A stretch of DNA of 64,000 bases from Candidatus Moraniibacteriota bacterium (GCA_043743535.1 JAYTWI010000009.1:3407-67406); one strand, 5' to 3'. Numbered from the stretch's first letter, positions 8,727 to 20,161 are shown. Notes: generated from the letters alone by a model not told the origin. Numbers and translations are program-made.

Positions 8727-9032
8727 TTGTTTCTTATGACCTACACTTTCAAACTTCAACTTAAACCGAGTACATCCACCATCACCCTCTTGAAAGATGG
8801 GGTAGTGTTTGATGAAGTGACGTGGCCGGAAGCGCGGGATATGGGGCGGAAGCTCTTTGCGGCCATCGTTTGGTTGCTGAAAAAGCATCATCTCAAACCA
8901 GAGGCGGTCAGTGATTTTTTGCTTGAGAGCGAGATCCCGGACGTCTATACCTCGATGCGTATTGCCGAAACGGTCAAAAGGGTGTATACTTTCGGGGTGA
9001 GTACAAAAGGTACAATAAAAAAAGAGGAGTAA
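8727..9032 (+). CDS. short TsaB(YeaZ)-like N-terminal domain protein (tRNA t6A biosynthesis partner), truncated relative to E. coli TsaB
   Basis: LKPSTSTITLLKDGVV...WPEA...GRKLFAAIVWLLKKHHLKPEAVSDFLL...YTSMRIAETVKRVY parallels TsaB LAIDTATEAVSVAL...ILPMV...GPGSFTGVRIG layout. Confidence 0.45.
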   Translation: MFLMTYTFKLQLKPSTSTITLLKDGVVFDEVTWPEARDMGRKLFAAIVWLLKKHHLKPEAVSDFLLESEIPDVYTSMRIAETVKRVYTFGVSTKGTIKKEE

Positions 9033-9049
9033 CCCTTTTTCCACGTATA

Positions 9050-9360
9050 CGGCTTTTTAAGCCATTTTTTGGTTTTCATTTGACAGAAAATTCAAACATT
9101 GATACACTCAGTTGTACTTGATTTGACCTTTCGTCTGCTCTAGGATTTTCCCAGGAGCGAGCGAAAGGATGAAGAGTAACAGACTTTCTGTCTCGAAATC
9201 GCCTTGCGGGTGAAAGGTCTGTGGCGAGACCGAGTTGGAGACGTTGCTTCGAACAAAAGCAGCTAACATTTTCCAACCCAATGGAGCACGTGAGCGCCCC
9301 ATCGACAATTGCGTAGTTTATCCGATAATCTTATCAGTCCTACTTATTCATTAGCTCCCC
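9050..9360. other. candidate structured non-coding RNA or long structured leader between tsaB-like gene and rpoB (unclassified)
   Basis: ~300 nt without plausible ORF, many nested hairpins (AGAC-UUUC-GUCU; CCUU-GCGGGUGA-AAGG; GGUCU-GUGGCG-AGACC; GUUGCUU-CGAACAA-AAGCAGC inside GUUGGA...UCCAAC). Confidence 0.25.
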
Positions 9361-9396
9361 GCTGTGAATAAGGAGTGCACCGATGAGTGCCTTTTT

Positions 9397-12300
9397 ATGT
9401 CCAAGGTAGAGAAAGCATTGCGGGTCAAAGATACCTTTAGTAAGGAGTCATCCCTCTCGAAGCGTCGGTTTTTCAATAATCGCATTACCGTGTCCCTACC
9501 GGACCTGATCGAGGTGCAAACGGATTCCTATCAGTGGTTCTGGGACAAAGGTCTGAAAGAATTGTTTGATGAAATTAACCCAATCACTGATTTCACCGGC
9601 AAGGATCTGGAATTGACCATTGCTGACTACTATCTTGACGAGCCGAAGTATCCAGCGCTTATTGCCAAGAACAAAAACATTTCTTACGAAGCGCCACTGC
9701 GCGCCAAGGCCACGCTTCTCATGAAGAAGACGGGGGAAGTGAAGGAGCAAGAGATCTATCTCGGCGACTTCCCGATTATGACCGAACGGGGAACTTTTAT
9801 CATCAATGGCGTCGAGCGTGTGGTGGTGTCGCAGCTCATCCGATCGCCGGGAGTGTTCTTCACCATGGACTACCAAAAGGGCAAGAAGCTTTTTGGGGCT
9901 AAAATCATTCCAAATCGCGGAGCCTGGCTCGAGATCGAGACTGACTTAGACGGCGTCATTTCGGTGAAAATTGACCGCAAACGCAAGCTGCCGATAACCG
10001 CCTTGTTCAAGGCCTTTGGGTTTGATGACAAACGCATCCGCGATGAATTCACGGCCTTTGATACGGGTGAAGTAAAATATATCGAAAATACTTTTTTGAA
10101 AGATTCTTCCCATAATCAGGGGGAAGCCTATCGTGAAGTCTACAAGCGTCTCCGTCCGGGGGATTTGGCGACGGAGGAGAATGCCAAGCAGATGATTAAC
10201 GCCATGTTTTTCAACTTCGAGCGCTATGACTTCGGTGCAGTGGGGCGTTACCGTTTGAACCAACGCCTCTCCGTGGAGCGCGCTGACATTGAAGAGAACC
10301 GCATCCTCAATACCGATGACCTGGTCTTGATCGTCAAAGAAGTCATCCGCCTCAATAATGATCCGGAAGGACGCGCTGATGATATCGACCACCTTGGCAA
10401 TCGGCGCGTGCGTGCAGTCGGAGAACTGATTCAGAACAAACTACGCGTTGGTATGTACCGCATGGTACGCAATATCAAAGATCGTATGAGCACCTGCGAG
10501 CCGGAAACGGTGGTGCCGGGCCAGCTGATTAATCCGCGTCCGGTGGCTGCCTCAGTCAAAGAGTTTTTTTCCAGTTCCCAATTGTCCCAGTTTATGGACC
10601 AGGTCAACCCGTTGGCCGAACTGGAACACAAGCGTCGCCTTTCCGCGATGGGACCTGGTGGTTTGACTCGCGAACGAGCCGGTTTTGAGGTGCGTGACGT
10701 GCACCATTCACATTATGGTCGCATCTGTCCGATTGAAACGCCGGAAGGACCGAACATCGGTTTGGTCGGCCATTTGGCCAGTTACGCTAGGGTCAATGAG
10801 TATGGTTTTCTCGAGACCCCGTATTTGATTGTTAAAAAAGAAGTAGCAGCCAAGAAGGACGAGCTGGTCAATCGCATCTTGGCCGCTGATATGAGTGGTG
10901 TAGCCAAGGCAGGAGAAGTCCTGACGGAAGAATTAGCAGCCAAAGTAGCGGCCAAAACCAAGGGTGAGACGGTCAAAGTCCGACCGTTTGTGACGCTCGA
11001 TATCGAATACTTGAATGCTATCGTCGAAGATCGTAAGATTATCGCCCACGCTCGTATCAAGATGGATGAACATCGGAACGTGGTTGATAAAATGGTAGAA
11101 GCGCGCGTGAAGGGCCATCCTGAAACTATTGAAGCCGACTCCCTTGATTATATTGATGTTTCAGTCAAACAGTGTATTTCGATTGCCACGGCCCTGATTC
11201 CGTTTCTGGAACATGACGACGCCAACCGCGCCCTTATGGGTTCGAATATGCAACGCCAGGCCGTGTCCTGCATCATCCCACAGTCGCCGATTGTTGGCAC
11301 GGGCATCGAGGACAAGGCCGCTCGTGATTCCGGTCAGGTAGTGTTGTCTCTCTTTGCCGGCGAAGTGCTCGCGGTTGATGCCACTCACATCGTGGTACGC
11401 TCTCAGGCACCGGCTGGAGCTAAGAAAGACTATGTTGATACCGAATACCTCCTCCAGAGTTTTGAAAAATCCAACGCCTTCACGTCGATGAACCAGGTGC
11501 CACGGGTCACTAAGGGTCAGACGGTAGAAAAAGGCGACCTGTTGGCTGACGGCGCTTCGACCGATCACGGTGAACTGGCTCTGGGTCAGAATATGGTAGT
11601 GGCCTTCGTGCCATGGGACGGTTTCAACTATGAAGACGCTATCATCATTTCTGAACGCGTGGTGCAGGGTGACCGTTGGAGCTCGATTCACATTGAAGAC
11701 TTCTCGATTGATGTCCGTGATACCAAGCTTGGACCGGAAGTGGTGACGCGTGATATTCCAAACATCGGCGAGGATCGTTTGAAAAACCTTGACGAAAATG
11801 GCATTATCCGCATCGGTGCCGAAGTGTCCTCTGGTGATATCATGGTTGGCAAAATTACCCCGAAAGGCGAGGGTGATTTGACGGCCGAAGAAAGACTGCT
11901 CCGTGTTATTTTCGGTGAAAAGTCACGTGACGTCAAAGACTCTTCTTTGTACTTGCCACACGGCGAGCACGGCAAAGTGGTGGATGTGAAGATTTTCTCT
12001 CGGGAACGTGGAGACAAACTGCCGATGGGGGTTTTTGAACAAATCCAAGTATCGGTAGCTCAGATGCGTAAGATCTCGGTCGGTGACAAGCTGGCGGGTC
12101 GGCACGGAAACAAGGGTGTGATTTCACACGTGGCTCCTGCCGAAGATATGCCGTATTTGCCCGATGGAACACCTGTCGACGTTATTTTGAACCCGCTCGG
12201 TATTGCTTCTCGTATGAACATCGGCCAGCTGCTCGAAACTCATTTAGGGTGGGCGGCTATGAAGCTCGGCTACAAGGTGGCGAGCCTCGCCTTAGACGGG

Positions 12301-12807
12301 GTGTCCGAAGCTGATATCAAGACTGAACTGAAAAAAGCTGGTCTGCCTGAAAATGGTAAGATCCGTTTGGTGGATGGCAAAAGTGGCCAGCCATACGATA
12401 ACGAATCGACGGTCGGGGTGATGTATATTATGAAGCTTAACCATTTGATCGAAGACAAGCTTCACATGCGATCCATCGGACCCTACTCGCTCATCACTCA
12501 GCAGCCGCTCGGAGGTAAGGCTCAATTCGGTGGTCAGCGCTTCGGAGAAATGGAAGTGTGGGCCCTTGAAGGCTACGGTGCTGCTTATACCTTGCAAGAA
12601 ATGTTGACAATCAAATCCGACGATGTGTTAGGTCGTTCCAAGGCCTATGAGTCGATCATCAAGGGTGAACCGATCAAGAGTCCGAACCTACCAGCTTCAT
12701 TCCACGTGTTGGTCAATGAATTGAAGGGACTGTGTCTCAATGTCGAATTGAAAGGGGCGAAAACAGAATCTGAATCGCCGCTCGAAGGGGATATCGAAAC
12801 TGTCTAA
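9397..12807 (+). CDS. rpoB: DNA-directed RNA polymerase subunit beta
   Basis: LPDLIEVQTDSYQWF, GNRRVRAVGEL, NMQRQAV, GDKLAGRHGNKGV, GGQRFGEMEVWALE motifs; start codon uncertain (GTG 9364 or ATG 9397). Confidence 0.95.
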   Translation: MSKVEKALRVKDTFSKESSLSKRRFFNNRITVSLPDLIEVQTDSYQWFWDKGLKELFDEINPITDFTGKDLELTIADYYLDEPKYPALIAKNKNISYEAPLRAKATLLMKKTGEVKEQEIYLGDFPIMTERGTFIINGVERVVVSQLIRSPGVFFTMDYQKGKKLFGAKIIPNRGAWLEIETDLDGVISVKIDRKRKLPITALFKAFGFDDKRIRDEFTAFDTGEVKYIENTFLKDSSHNQGEAYREVYKRLRPGDLATEENAKQMINAMFFNFERYDFGAVGRYRLNQRLSVERADIEENRILNTDDLVLIVKEVIRLNNDPEGRADDIDHLGNRRVRAVGELIQNKLRVGMYRMVRNIKDRMSTCEPETVVPGQLINPRPVAASVKEFFSSSQLSQFMDQVNPLAELEHKRRLSAMGPGGLTRERAGFEVRDVHHSHYGRICPIETPEGPNIGLVGHLASYARVNEYGFLETPYLIVKKEVAAKKDELVNRILAADMSGVAKAGEVLTEELAAKVAAKTKGETVKVRPFVTLDIEYLNAIVEDRKIIAHARIKMDEHRNVVDKMVEARVKGHPETIEADSLDYIDVSVKQCISIATALIPFLEHDDANRALMGSNMQRQAVSCIIPQSPIVGTGIEDKAARDSGQVVLSLFAGEVLAVDATHIVVRSQAPAGAKKDYVDTEYLLQSFEKSNAFTSMNQVPRVTKGQTVEKGDLLADGASTDHGELALGQNMVVAFVPWDGFNYEDAIIISERVVQGDRWSSIHIEDFSIDVRDTKLGPEVVTRDIPNIGEDRLKNLDENGIIRIGAEVSSGDIMVGKITPKGEGDLTAEERLLRVIFGEKSRDVKDSSLYLPHGEHGKVVDVKIFSRERGDKLPMGVFEQIQVSVAQMRKISVGDKLAGRHGNKGVISHVAPAEDMPYLPDGTPVDVILNPLGIASRMNIGQLLETHLGWAAMKLGYKVASLALDGVSEADIKTELKKAGLPENGKIRLVDGKSGQPYDNESTVGVMYIMKLNHLIEDKLHMRSIGPYSLITQQPLGGKAQFGGQRFGEMEVWALEGYGAAYTLQEMLTIKSDDVLGRSKAYESIIKGEPIKSPNLPASFHVLVNELKGLCLNVELKGAKTESESPLEGDIETV

Positions 12808-12838
12808 CTCTTTCAACTAACAGTAAGCCTTCAAACTT

Positions 12839-15800
12839 ATGGAAAATATCACAAAGGTAAGCGATTTCGACAGCGTGCGACTGACCCTGGCCAGCCCCGA
12901 TCAGATTTTGGAGTGGGCTCACGGTGAAGTGACCAAGCCAGAAACCATCAACTACCGCACTCAGCGCTACGAACCAGATGGTTTGTTCTGCGAAAAGATT
13001 TTTGGTCCTTCCAAGGACTGGGAATGCTACTGCGGCAAGTACAAGCGTATCCGTTACAACGGCATCGTCTGTGATAAGTGTGGTGTAGAAGTGACACGCT
13101 CGATCGTGCGTCGCGAACGGATGGGTCACATCAAACTGGCCACCCCAGTTTCCCATATTTGGTTTTTGCGCGGCGTGCCGTCCAAGATTGGTTTGGTATT
13201 GGGCATCTCTCCCCAGGATTTGGAGCGAGTTATCTACTTTTCGTCCTATATCATCATGAGCGTTGATGAGAGCCTGAAGACACAGTCTTTGGACTCACTA
13301 GAGAAAGAATACAAGAGTAAACAGAAAGAGATGCGCGCTGCCGAAAAGAGTGAAAAAGCCACAGAAAAAGCTTTAGAAGATCTGAAGGAACAGTACCGCA
13401 CGACTAAAGATGACATCAAGAATGTCCGTGCTAACCAGATTCTTTCCGAAGTAGACTACTTCAACCTTTCTAGCCGATTTGGTCAGATTTTTACCGCCGG
13501 TATTGGTGCCGAAGCGATTCGGAAGATATTGGAGAAGATTGACATCAAGAAAAAGTTGGTGGAGCTTAAGGAAGATCTACGCACGACTGAGACTCTCGAT
13601 CAGAAAAAGCTCTTGCAGCGTCTGAAAGTGTATCAGGGTTTTGAGAAGGCCCACTTACGTTTTGAATGGATGCTCCCGACGATTATTCCCGTTATTCCGC
13701 CAGATTTGCGGCCGATGGTGGCTCTCGATGGTGGCCGTTTTGCTACCTCTGATTTGAACGATCTTTATCGTCGTATTATCAACCGGAACAATCGCTTGAA
13801 GAAACTCCTGGCTATCGGGGCACCGGAAGTGATTACTCGCAACGAAAAAAGAATGTTGCAGGAAGCAGTGGATGCTTTGTTCGACAACAGCGCTCGTCGG
13901 GGTCAGGCTTCGACCGCAGCCTCGACTGGTCAGCGTCGTGCTCTGCGCTCGCTTGCGGATGCTCTCAAAGGCAAGCAGGGACGTTTCCGTCAGAACCTCT
14001 TAGGCAAGCGTGTTGACTACTCTGGCCGTTCAGTTATCGTGGTTGGCCCGAAGTTGAAACTTCATCAGTGTGGTCTACCCAAGAAAATGGCTTTGGAACT
14101 TTTCAAGCCGTTCATTATCAATAAGCTCATTGAAAAAGAATTCGCTCATAACGTTCGCACTGCTGGTCGGATGGTGGATGCTGAAACTGAAGAGGCTTAT
14201 GAAATCCTCGATGAGATTATTGAACACCACTATGTTCTCTTGAACCGTGCACCGACCTTGCACCGTTTGTCGATTCAGGCTTTTCAGCCGGTATTGATTG
14301 AGGGCAAAGCTATTCGCCTTCATCCGATGGTGTGTTCCGCCTTCAATGCTGACTTCGATGGTGACCAGATGGCGGTGCATGTGCCACTGACTGATCAGGC
14401 TCGGCACGAAAGCGCTACTATTATGCTTTCCTCTAAGAACCTTTTGAAGCCGGCTTCCGGCGAGCCAATCGTTTCGGCTACACTCGATATGGTGCTTGGG
14501 GTGTACTATCTCACTCACATCAAGGCCGAAGGCAAGGGCAAGGGCAAGGCGTTTGGTACGATGGATGAGGCTATCCTGGCCTATCATAACGACCTGGTGG
14601 CTGTAAACGTCGCGATTAGACTTTCCTTTCAAGGGAAGATTATTGAAACTTCTGTCGGCCGAATTCTTCTGAACGACATCTTGCCAGAGAGTATTCGTTT
14701 CGTGAACGAAGAATTGATCAAGAAAGATTTGAAGGTTTTGATGTCTCGTATTCTTGAAGGTTTGGGCCAAGACGAAGCAGCCAAATTCGCTGATCGTTTG
14801 AAGGATCTGGCCTTCCACAGCGTCTCTCGTTCTGGGATTAGCTGGGGGATGGATGACTTGACGGTGCCGAAAGAAAAGCCTGCTTTGATGGCCGCCGCCG
14901 AGGTGCGCATCTTGGAGGTGAAGAGTCAGTACAATATGGGGCTCTTGACGAACGAAGAACGTCGCAACCGGGTGATTGAGATCTGGAATGATACCAAGAA
15001 CAAGATTACTGATGCCGTACGTGGCACCATCGACAAAGAAGGGCCAGTATATGCCATGATCTACTCCAAGGCTCGTGGTTCGGAATCCGTCGTGGTGCAG
15101 ATGACTGGTATGAAAGGCCTGATGGCCGGTCCGACCGGAGAAACCATTGAACTGCCTGTCAAGAGTTCGTTCAAGGAAGGGTTCAACGTCTTGGAATACT
15201 TCATCTCGACTCACGGAGCACGTAAGGGTATGGCTGATACTGCTTTGCGGACGGCCACGGCTGGGTATCTGACCCGTCGTTTGGTAGATGTCTCCCAGGA
15301 TATTATCGTGCGAGAGGAAGACTGTGGTGACACCACAGGCACGTATCTTTATCGGGAAGATTCTGACGCTATCGGTCAGAGTTACGCCGTGCGTATCGAG
15401 GGCCGAGTGGCGGTGGAGACTATCAAGGATCCAGAAACCAAAGAAGTAATTGTCAAGAAGAATACTCTCATCACACGAGCCGCTGCCAAAGTGGTGGAAG
15501 GTAAGGCTATCGCCAGGATTAAAATTCGTTCGCTCGTGGCCTGTAAATCACGACGTGGCGTCTGTCGCTTGTGCTATGGTATCGATTTGGGTCGCAGTGC
15601 TTTGGTAGAACTGGGGGCTTCCGTCGGAGTGGTGGCCGCTCAGGCTATCGGTGAACCAGGCACTCAGCTCACTATGCGTACGTTCCACGTCGGTGGTGTA
15701 GCTGGTTCAGATATCACTCAGGGGTTGCCGCGGGTGGAAGAAATTTTCGAAGCGCGCAATCCGAAGACCGAGTCTATCCTCACGGAGGTAGCCGGCCAGG

Positions 15801-16432
15801 TGAAGTCGATTGCCAAGGATAGCGCCAAGGTGGTCAAGATTAACATTGAGGACAACGATAAGACATTGCACGAATACGCTATCCCGACCAACATTACACT
15901 CAAGGTAAAAGAAGGCGATCTGGTAGGGGTGGGAGACGCGCTCTGCGAGGGTCACATTGATCTGCGCAAACTCTTCACCATTATGGGACAAGAGGTAGTC
16001 CATCGTTACATCGTCCGAGAAATCGAAGAGATTTATGCTGCTCAGGGTGAAGCCATCAATGACAAGCATATTGAAGTGATCATTCGGCAGATGATGTCTC
16101 GGGTACGGGTTGTTGACCCGGGTGACACGCTCCTCCTTCCTGGTGATATCGTAGAGAAAGACCAATTCGAAGAAGCCAACGAAGAAGCGCGCACCAAGTC
16201 GGGTCGCGAGGCGGTTGGCGAAGCAATGGTCTTGGGCATCACCAAGGTAGCGCTCTCGACTGAGTCCTTCCTCTCAGCCGCTTCGTTTATGGAGACCGCA
16301 CGCGTTCTCATCAATGCTGCTGTGCAGGGCAAGGAAGACCGCTTGCGTGGTCTGAAAGAGAACGTCATCATCGGACGGCTCATTCCGGCTGGTACCGGCT
16401 ATCGTGAGCCCGGCCAGCCGCGCGCTCGGTAG
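12839..16432 (+). CDS. rpoC: DNA-directed RNA polymerase subunit beta'
   Basis: zinc-binding CYCGKYKR...[20 protein letters not shown] catalytic motif, 1197 aa. Confidence 0.95.
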   Translation: MENITKVSDFDSVRLTLASPDQILEWAHGEVTKPETINYRTQRYEPDGLFCEKIFGPSKDWECYCGKYKRIRYNGIVCDKCGVEVTRSIVRRERMGHIKLATPVSHIWFLRGVPSKIGLVLGISPQDLERVIYFSSYIIMSVDESLKTQSLDSLEKEYKSKQKEMRAAEKSEKATEKALEDLKEQYRTTKDDIKNVRANQILSEVDYFNLSSRFGQIFTAGIGAEAIRKILEKIDIKKKLVELKEDLRTTETLDQKKLLQRLKVYQGFEKAHLRFEWMLPTIIPVIPPDLRPMVALDGGRFATSDLNDLYRRIINRNNRLKKLLAIGAPEVITRNEKRMLQEAVDALFDNSARRGQASTAASTGQRRALRSLADALKGKQGRFRQNLLGKRVDYSGRSVIVVGPKLKLHQCGLPKKMALELFKPFIINKLIEKEFAHNVRTAGRMVDAETEEAYEILDEIIEHHYVLLNRAPTLHRLSIQAFQPVLIEGKAIRLHPMVCSAFNADFDGDQMAVHVPLTDQARHESATIMLSSKNLLKPASGEPIVSATLDMVLGVYYLTHIKAEGKGKGKAFGTMDEAILAYHNDLVAVNVAIRLSFQGKIIETSVGRILLNDILPESIRFVNEELIKKDLKVLMSRILEGLGQDEAAKFADRLKDLAFHSVSRSGISWGMDDLTVPKEKPALMAAAEVRILEVKSQYNMGLLTNEERRNRVIEIWNDTKNKITDAVRGTIDKEGPVYAMIYSKARGSESVVVQMTGMKGLMAGPTGETIELPVKSSFKEGFNVLEYFISTHGARKGMADTALRTATAGYLTRRLVDVSQDIIVREEDCGDTTGTYLYREDSDAIGQSYAVRIEGRVAVETIKDPETKEVIVKKNTLITRAAAKVVEGKAIARIKIRSLVACKSRRGVCRLCYGIDLGRSALVELGASVGVVAAQAIGEPGTQLTMRTFHVGGVAGSDITQGLPRVEEIFEARNPKTESILTEVAGQVKSIAKDSAKVVKINIEDNDKTLHEYAIPTNITLKVKEGDLVGVGDALCEGHIDLRKLFTIMGQEVVHRYIVREIEEIYAAQGEAINDKHIEVIIRQMMSRVRVVDPGDTLLLPGDIVEKDQFEEANEEARTKSGREAVGEAMVLGITKVALSTESFLSAASFMETARVLINAAVQGKEDRLRGLKENVIIGRLIPAGTGYREPGQPRAR

Positions 16433-16459
16433 AGGGCGATCTGTTTTGACAGAGACAAA

Positions 16460-16490
16460 ATACCTCCTCCTTCAGGGGGTATTTTTGTTT
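16460..16490 (+). terminator. rho-independent terminator after rpoC
   Basis: AUACCUCC-UCCUUCA-GGGGGUAU hairpin followed by TTTTTGTTTG. Confidence 0.6.
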
Positions 16491-16676
16491 GTCTCAATGA
16501 GGAAATAATGAGTATACGAGAAATAATGAACGATATATCCTATAGTGAGGGACTTTTTCAGTAGGTGAGTCAACACCAAAAAACAATAAAAGAGAAAGCC
16601 TTTTTCTTTTGAAACGGGGATTGTTTTTGTGGTATACTGAGGCAGTAAAGTGACAAAAACGTAAAAAAGAGATCCT

Positions 16677-19043
16677 ATGGGACGTAAGAAAAAGAAGATC
16701 GAAAAAGAGTTGGAGGAAGGCTTTCGTTTTGATGATATTTTGCACAGTGATGCCAAACGCAGTATCGTGGCTGTTTTTTTGTTTGTGTTGGCTATTCTGT
16801 TCCTTTTGGGTTTCATCGGGAGTGCTGGAGTGGTGGGGCAATGGCTGAGCAGTGTGCTTGGGGTATTCGTGGGTTTCGGCAAATGGCTATTACCGCTTCT
16901 TCTTATTATCGCTGGGCTCATGTTCCTCAAACGACGTAGCACCACCTTGGCTGACGCGGTAAAATTTATCGGTTTGATTTTGGGCTTCTTTGCCTTCTTG
17001 GGTTTGTTTCACCTTTTTAGTGGAGGAGATGCGGAAGAGCTTCTCAAGATTGCTCGGGCTGGGCAGGGGGGCGGTTATGTTGGCTTTGCTTTTGCTTCAG
17101 TCCTTGCTAATTTCACCGGGAAAGTCGCTGGGACAATTATTCTTCTTGCCTTTTTTGCGGTTGGGATGATCGCTGCTTTCAACGTTTCACTCATTCATTG
17201 GTACGAACGGGTAAAGGAACGTCTCCAGTCAGAAGAAGAAACATCAGTTGGGGCGGAGTCTCTCGAAGTTCCAGTATTGCCGTCACCATTGGCTGAAGAG
17301 GTGATACTTCCGGATGGTGTACAAGAAAATAGTAGGACACAAACTGTTGATGATCTGGAAGCGAACAATATTCGCCGTATGGAGTTCCTAGGTGGGAGTG
17401 AGGGAGAGGCCTTACCGAAAGAGTTGAAAAATGATGACGAACACGTCCTCGTCCCAGCCTTTATGCGTCAAAAAAAATCAGCCAGGCGTAGCATGTACAC
17501 GTGGGAATTGCCGGCAGTAGACCTCTTGGAATCAACCACGGGTAAGGCAGTGAGTGGTGATACCGAACGCAACAAACATATTATTCAGAGTACCCTCAAG
17601 CATTTTGGGATTGAGGTAGAACCGGGTGAAGTGCGGGTGGGTCCGACGGTGGCGCAGTATACGTTTCGTCCTGCTTTCGGGGTAAAACTTTCTCGTATCA
17701 CGGCACTCAGTAGCGACTTGGCGCTTGCTCTGGCAGCCAAATCAATTCGTATCGAAGCGCCCATTCCTGGTCAGGCCCTGATTGGTATCGAAGTGCCCAA
17801 TCAGTCGGTGGCCACAGTCCGTCTCAAGGCCGTATTGGAAAGTCAGCAATGGAGAGAGCGTAAATCCGAGTTGACCCTGGTCTTGGGTGAGGATGTTTCT
17901 GGCAAACATGTCTTGGCCGATCTCGACAAGATGCCACACGTTCTCATTGCTGGGCGCACTGGTTCAGGTAAGAGCGTGTGTATGAATACGCTCCTTCTTT
18001 CACTTCTGTATCAGTGCTCGCCAGAAGATCTGCAGCTTATTCTTGTTGACCCTAAACGAGTGTCTTTTTCCCGTTATCGAGGCATCCCACATTTGAAAAC
18101 CGATGTCATTGTCGAGAACAAAAAAGTAGTCAATGTCCTTCGTTGGGTAGCAGGTCAAATGGATCATCGTTACAAAATTTTGGAAGAGGCGCGAGTGCAG
18201 GATATCCGTTCATACCGTGAATTGGTGGCTCGAGGTGAAAAAAGGACCAACGTTAATTCGGAAACTGGCACGGTCACTCAAGAAGATTTTCCAGCCATCC
18301 CATATCTGGTTATTATGATTGATGAAATGGCGGATCTGATGGCTACTCATGGTAAAGAAGTGGAGGGTCTGATTGTGCGGATTGCCTCTCTTTCGCGGGC
18401 GGTCGGTATCCATCTGGTTTTGGCTACCCAACGGCCAGAAGCCACGGTCATTACTGGTCTCATCAAGGCGAATATCCCGGCCCGTATTTCTTTTCAGCTG
18501 AAGAGTCAAATAGACTCGCGTACTATCCTCGACACCGGGGGAGCAGAAAAACTGTTGGGTAATGGCGACATGCTCTACTCGGCCGCTGATGGGAAAGAAA
18601 TGAGACGCATCCAGGGAGTATTTGTTTCTGATGATGAGATCAAGAGGGTGACTACCTTCCTCATCAAACAAAAGGAGTATCTGGGGGTGGATGAAATCGG
18701 TGGTGACATCGAGGAGGAAACGGGCAATGACCCGATATCACAGGCCATGGACGCCATGGATGATGGTTCTAAATCGGACGACCTCTACGAAGAAGTGAAG
18801 CGTATTATGATCGAGACCGGCCGGGCTTCCACCACTAATCTGCAGACTACTTTTGGAATTGGCTATCCGCGAGCCGCTCGGCTTATGCATCTTTTGGAAG
18901 AAAACGGTGTTATTGGGATGGTAGATGGCAAGAAGAAGGTTCTCATGAGCAAAGCTGTAGGAGACACCTCTGTGGAGGAGAAGAAAGAATACGGCGATGA
19001 ACACCTGGCTGAGCAGGGAGAACGTGACAAGTGGCAGGCCTAA
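16677..19043 (+). CDS. ftsK: DNA translocase FtsK/SpoIIIE
   Basis: N-terminal TM helices, Walker A LIAGRTGSGKSVC, Walker B IMIDEMADL, C-terminal gamma winged-helix (YEEVKRIMIETGRASTTNLQTTFGIGYPRAARLMHLLEENGVIG). Confidence 0.9.
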   Translation: MGRKKKKIEKELEEGFRFDDILHSDAKRSIVAVFLFVLAILFLLGFIGSAGVVGQWLSSVLGVFVGFGKWLLPLLLIIAGLMFLKRRSTTLADAVKFIGLILGFFAFLGLFHLFSGGDAEELLKIARAGQGGGYVGFAFASVLANFTGKVAGTIILLAFFAVGMIAAFNVSLIHWYERVKERLQSEEETSVGAESLEVPVLPSPLAEEVILPDGVQENSRTQTVDDLEANNIRRMEFLGGSEGEALPKELKNDDEHVLVPAFMRQKKSARRSMYTWELPAVDLLESTTGKAVSGDTERNKHIIQSTLKHFGIEVEPGEVRVGPTVAQYTFRPAFGVKLSRITALSSDLALALAAKSIRIEAPIPGQALIGIEVPNQSVATVRLKAVLESQQWRERKSELTLVLGEDVSGKHVLADLDKMPHVLIAGRTGSGKSVCMNTLLLSLLYQCSPEDLQLILVDPKRVSFSRYRGIPHLKTDVIVENKKVVNVLRWVAGQMDHRYKILEEARVQDIRSYRELVARGEKRTNVNSETGTVTQEDFPAIPYLVIMIDEMADLMATHGKEVEGLIVRIASLSRAVGIHLVLATQRPEATVITGLIKANIPARISFQLKSQIDSRTILDTGGAEKLLGNGDMLYSAADGKEMRRIQGVFVSDDEIKRVTTFLIKQKEYLGVDEIGGDIEEETGNDPISQAMDAMDDGSKSDDLYEEVKRIMIETGRASTTNLQTTFGIGYPRAARLMHLLEENGVIGMVDGKKKVLMSKAVGDTSVEEKKEYGDEHLAEQGERDKWQA

Positions 19044-19105
19044 TTGATAGGGGATGGGTGCTGAGGCGCTGTGTGTGACAGGGTGTCGGCTGATTATCTG
19101 AAATT

Positions 19106-20101
19106 GTGAAGAGAGCCAGTATGGAAAAAACAGGATTTACCAGAAAAAAAGTAGAGTCACTGACTTTGGGAGAGAAGCTCAAGAAATTGCGCAGCGATTT
19201 TCGTATGAGCCTGCTTGAGGTTTCTCGCGCCACACGCATTCAGGTCAAGTACTTAGAGTTTTTGGAGAGCGGAGCCTATGACAAATTGCCGGCCGACGTC
19301 TATGTACGTGGGTTTTTGCGGAGCTATGCTCGCTACCTTAATATCGATGAGCAGGCTTTTATCAAGCTCTATGAAAGGGAACGTAATATTCAGGAAAATT
19401 TGGGACGTGAAACATCGCCACACATATCACGGATGCTTGCCCCCGCCTCGTTCGTCATTAGCTCACGGTCGCTCATCATGGGTGCTATAGTTCTGCTTTT
19501 AGGCGGAGCCTTCCTCTATATCTATCAGGAATTCAAGAGTTTTGCCGCTACCCCGCGCCTGGTTATTACGGAACCGCACAGCGGAGCCACTATCGAAGCA
19601 AATGAAATCATCGTGCTCGGCAAGACCGATAAAGACGCACGAGTCACTATCAACAACCAACCAGTTTTGGTAGGGAACGAAGGAGAATTTTCTGATAAAT
19701 TGTTGCTCCAGCCAGGGCTCAATACCGTGACGGTGGTAGCGGTTAATCGTTTCAATAAAGAGAAGACCGAGACGCTTTCTTTGGAAGCGCGTTACCCAGT
19801 AGCGGAGGCAGCGCCAGAAAAAAATGTCAGCACACCGGTGGGGGAATTTTTTCACCTCGAAGTTGGCTCCAAGGATATCCCGATTGATCTCAGTGTATCA
19901 ACCGATGGCACAGTCATCTTCACCGGAACGCTCGCACCGCGCGAGAAGAAATCCTTTGATGCGAAAGAAATCCTCAGCGTTTCTTCCAATCACGGCGAGC
20001 AGACGACCATCCGTTTCAACGGAGGAACAGAAACGCTTTTGGCAACGCGCAAAGGGATCGCCCAAGGGGTAGTGTTCGTTAAGACGGGGAGAAAGGAGTA
20101 G
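19106..20101 (+). CDS. rodZ: RodZ-like cytoskeleton protein (HTH_25 N-domain, single TM, C-terminal DUF4115-like)
   Basis: LGEKLKKLRSDFRMSLLEVSRATRIQVKYLEFLESGAYDKLPADVYVRGFLRSYARYLNI HTH; TM segment LIMGAIVLLLGGAFLYIY. Confidence 0.7.
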   Translation: MKRASMEKTGFTRKKVESLTLGEKLKKLRSDFRMSLLEVSRATRIQVKYLEFLESGAYDKLPADVYVRGFLRSYARYLNIDEQAFIKLYERERNIQENLGRETSPHISRMLAPASFVISSRSLIMGAIVLLLGGAFLYIYQEFKSFAATPRLVITEPHSGATIEANEIIVLGKTDKDARVTINNQPVLVGNEGEFSDKLLLQPGLNTVTVVAVNRFNKEKTETLSLEARYPVAEAAPEKNVSTPVGEFFHLEVGSKDIPIDLSVSTDGTVIFTGTLAPREKKSFDAKEILSVSSNHGEQTTIRFNGGTETLLATRKGIAQGVVFVKTGRKE

Positions 20102-20161
20102 ACGGTTTTTTATGTGTATGATAGTATGTAATAAGAGTAAACAGAAATAATATACATTTTT

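Noticed and set aside
9050-9360. Possible RNase P RNA, tmRNA, SRP RNA or 6S RNA in the structured spacer upstream of rpoB
   Set aside because: Checked both strands for the conserved cores (RNase P GGAAAGUCCGG and ACAGAANCCGGCUUA P4 strands, the tmRNA tRNA-like 3' end with CCA and a tag ORF, the SRP domain IV GNRA loop with AGCAGCC). Only loose resemblances, such as GGGUGAAAGG and AAAAGCAGCUAAC, were found. I left it unclassified.
14075-15214. 379-aa minus-strand ORF
   Set aside because: It lies entirely antisense within rpoC, which has unambiguous homology. Its composition is driven by the sense gene. It is spurious.
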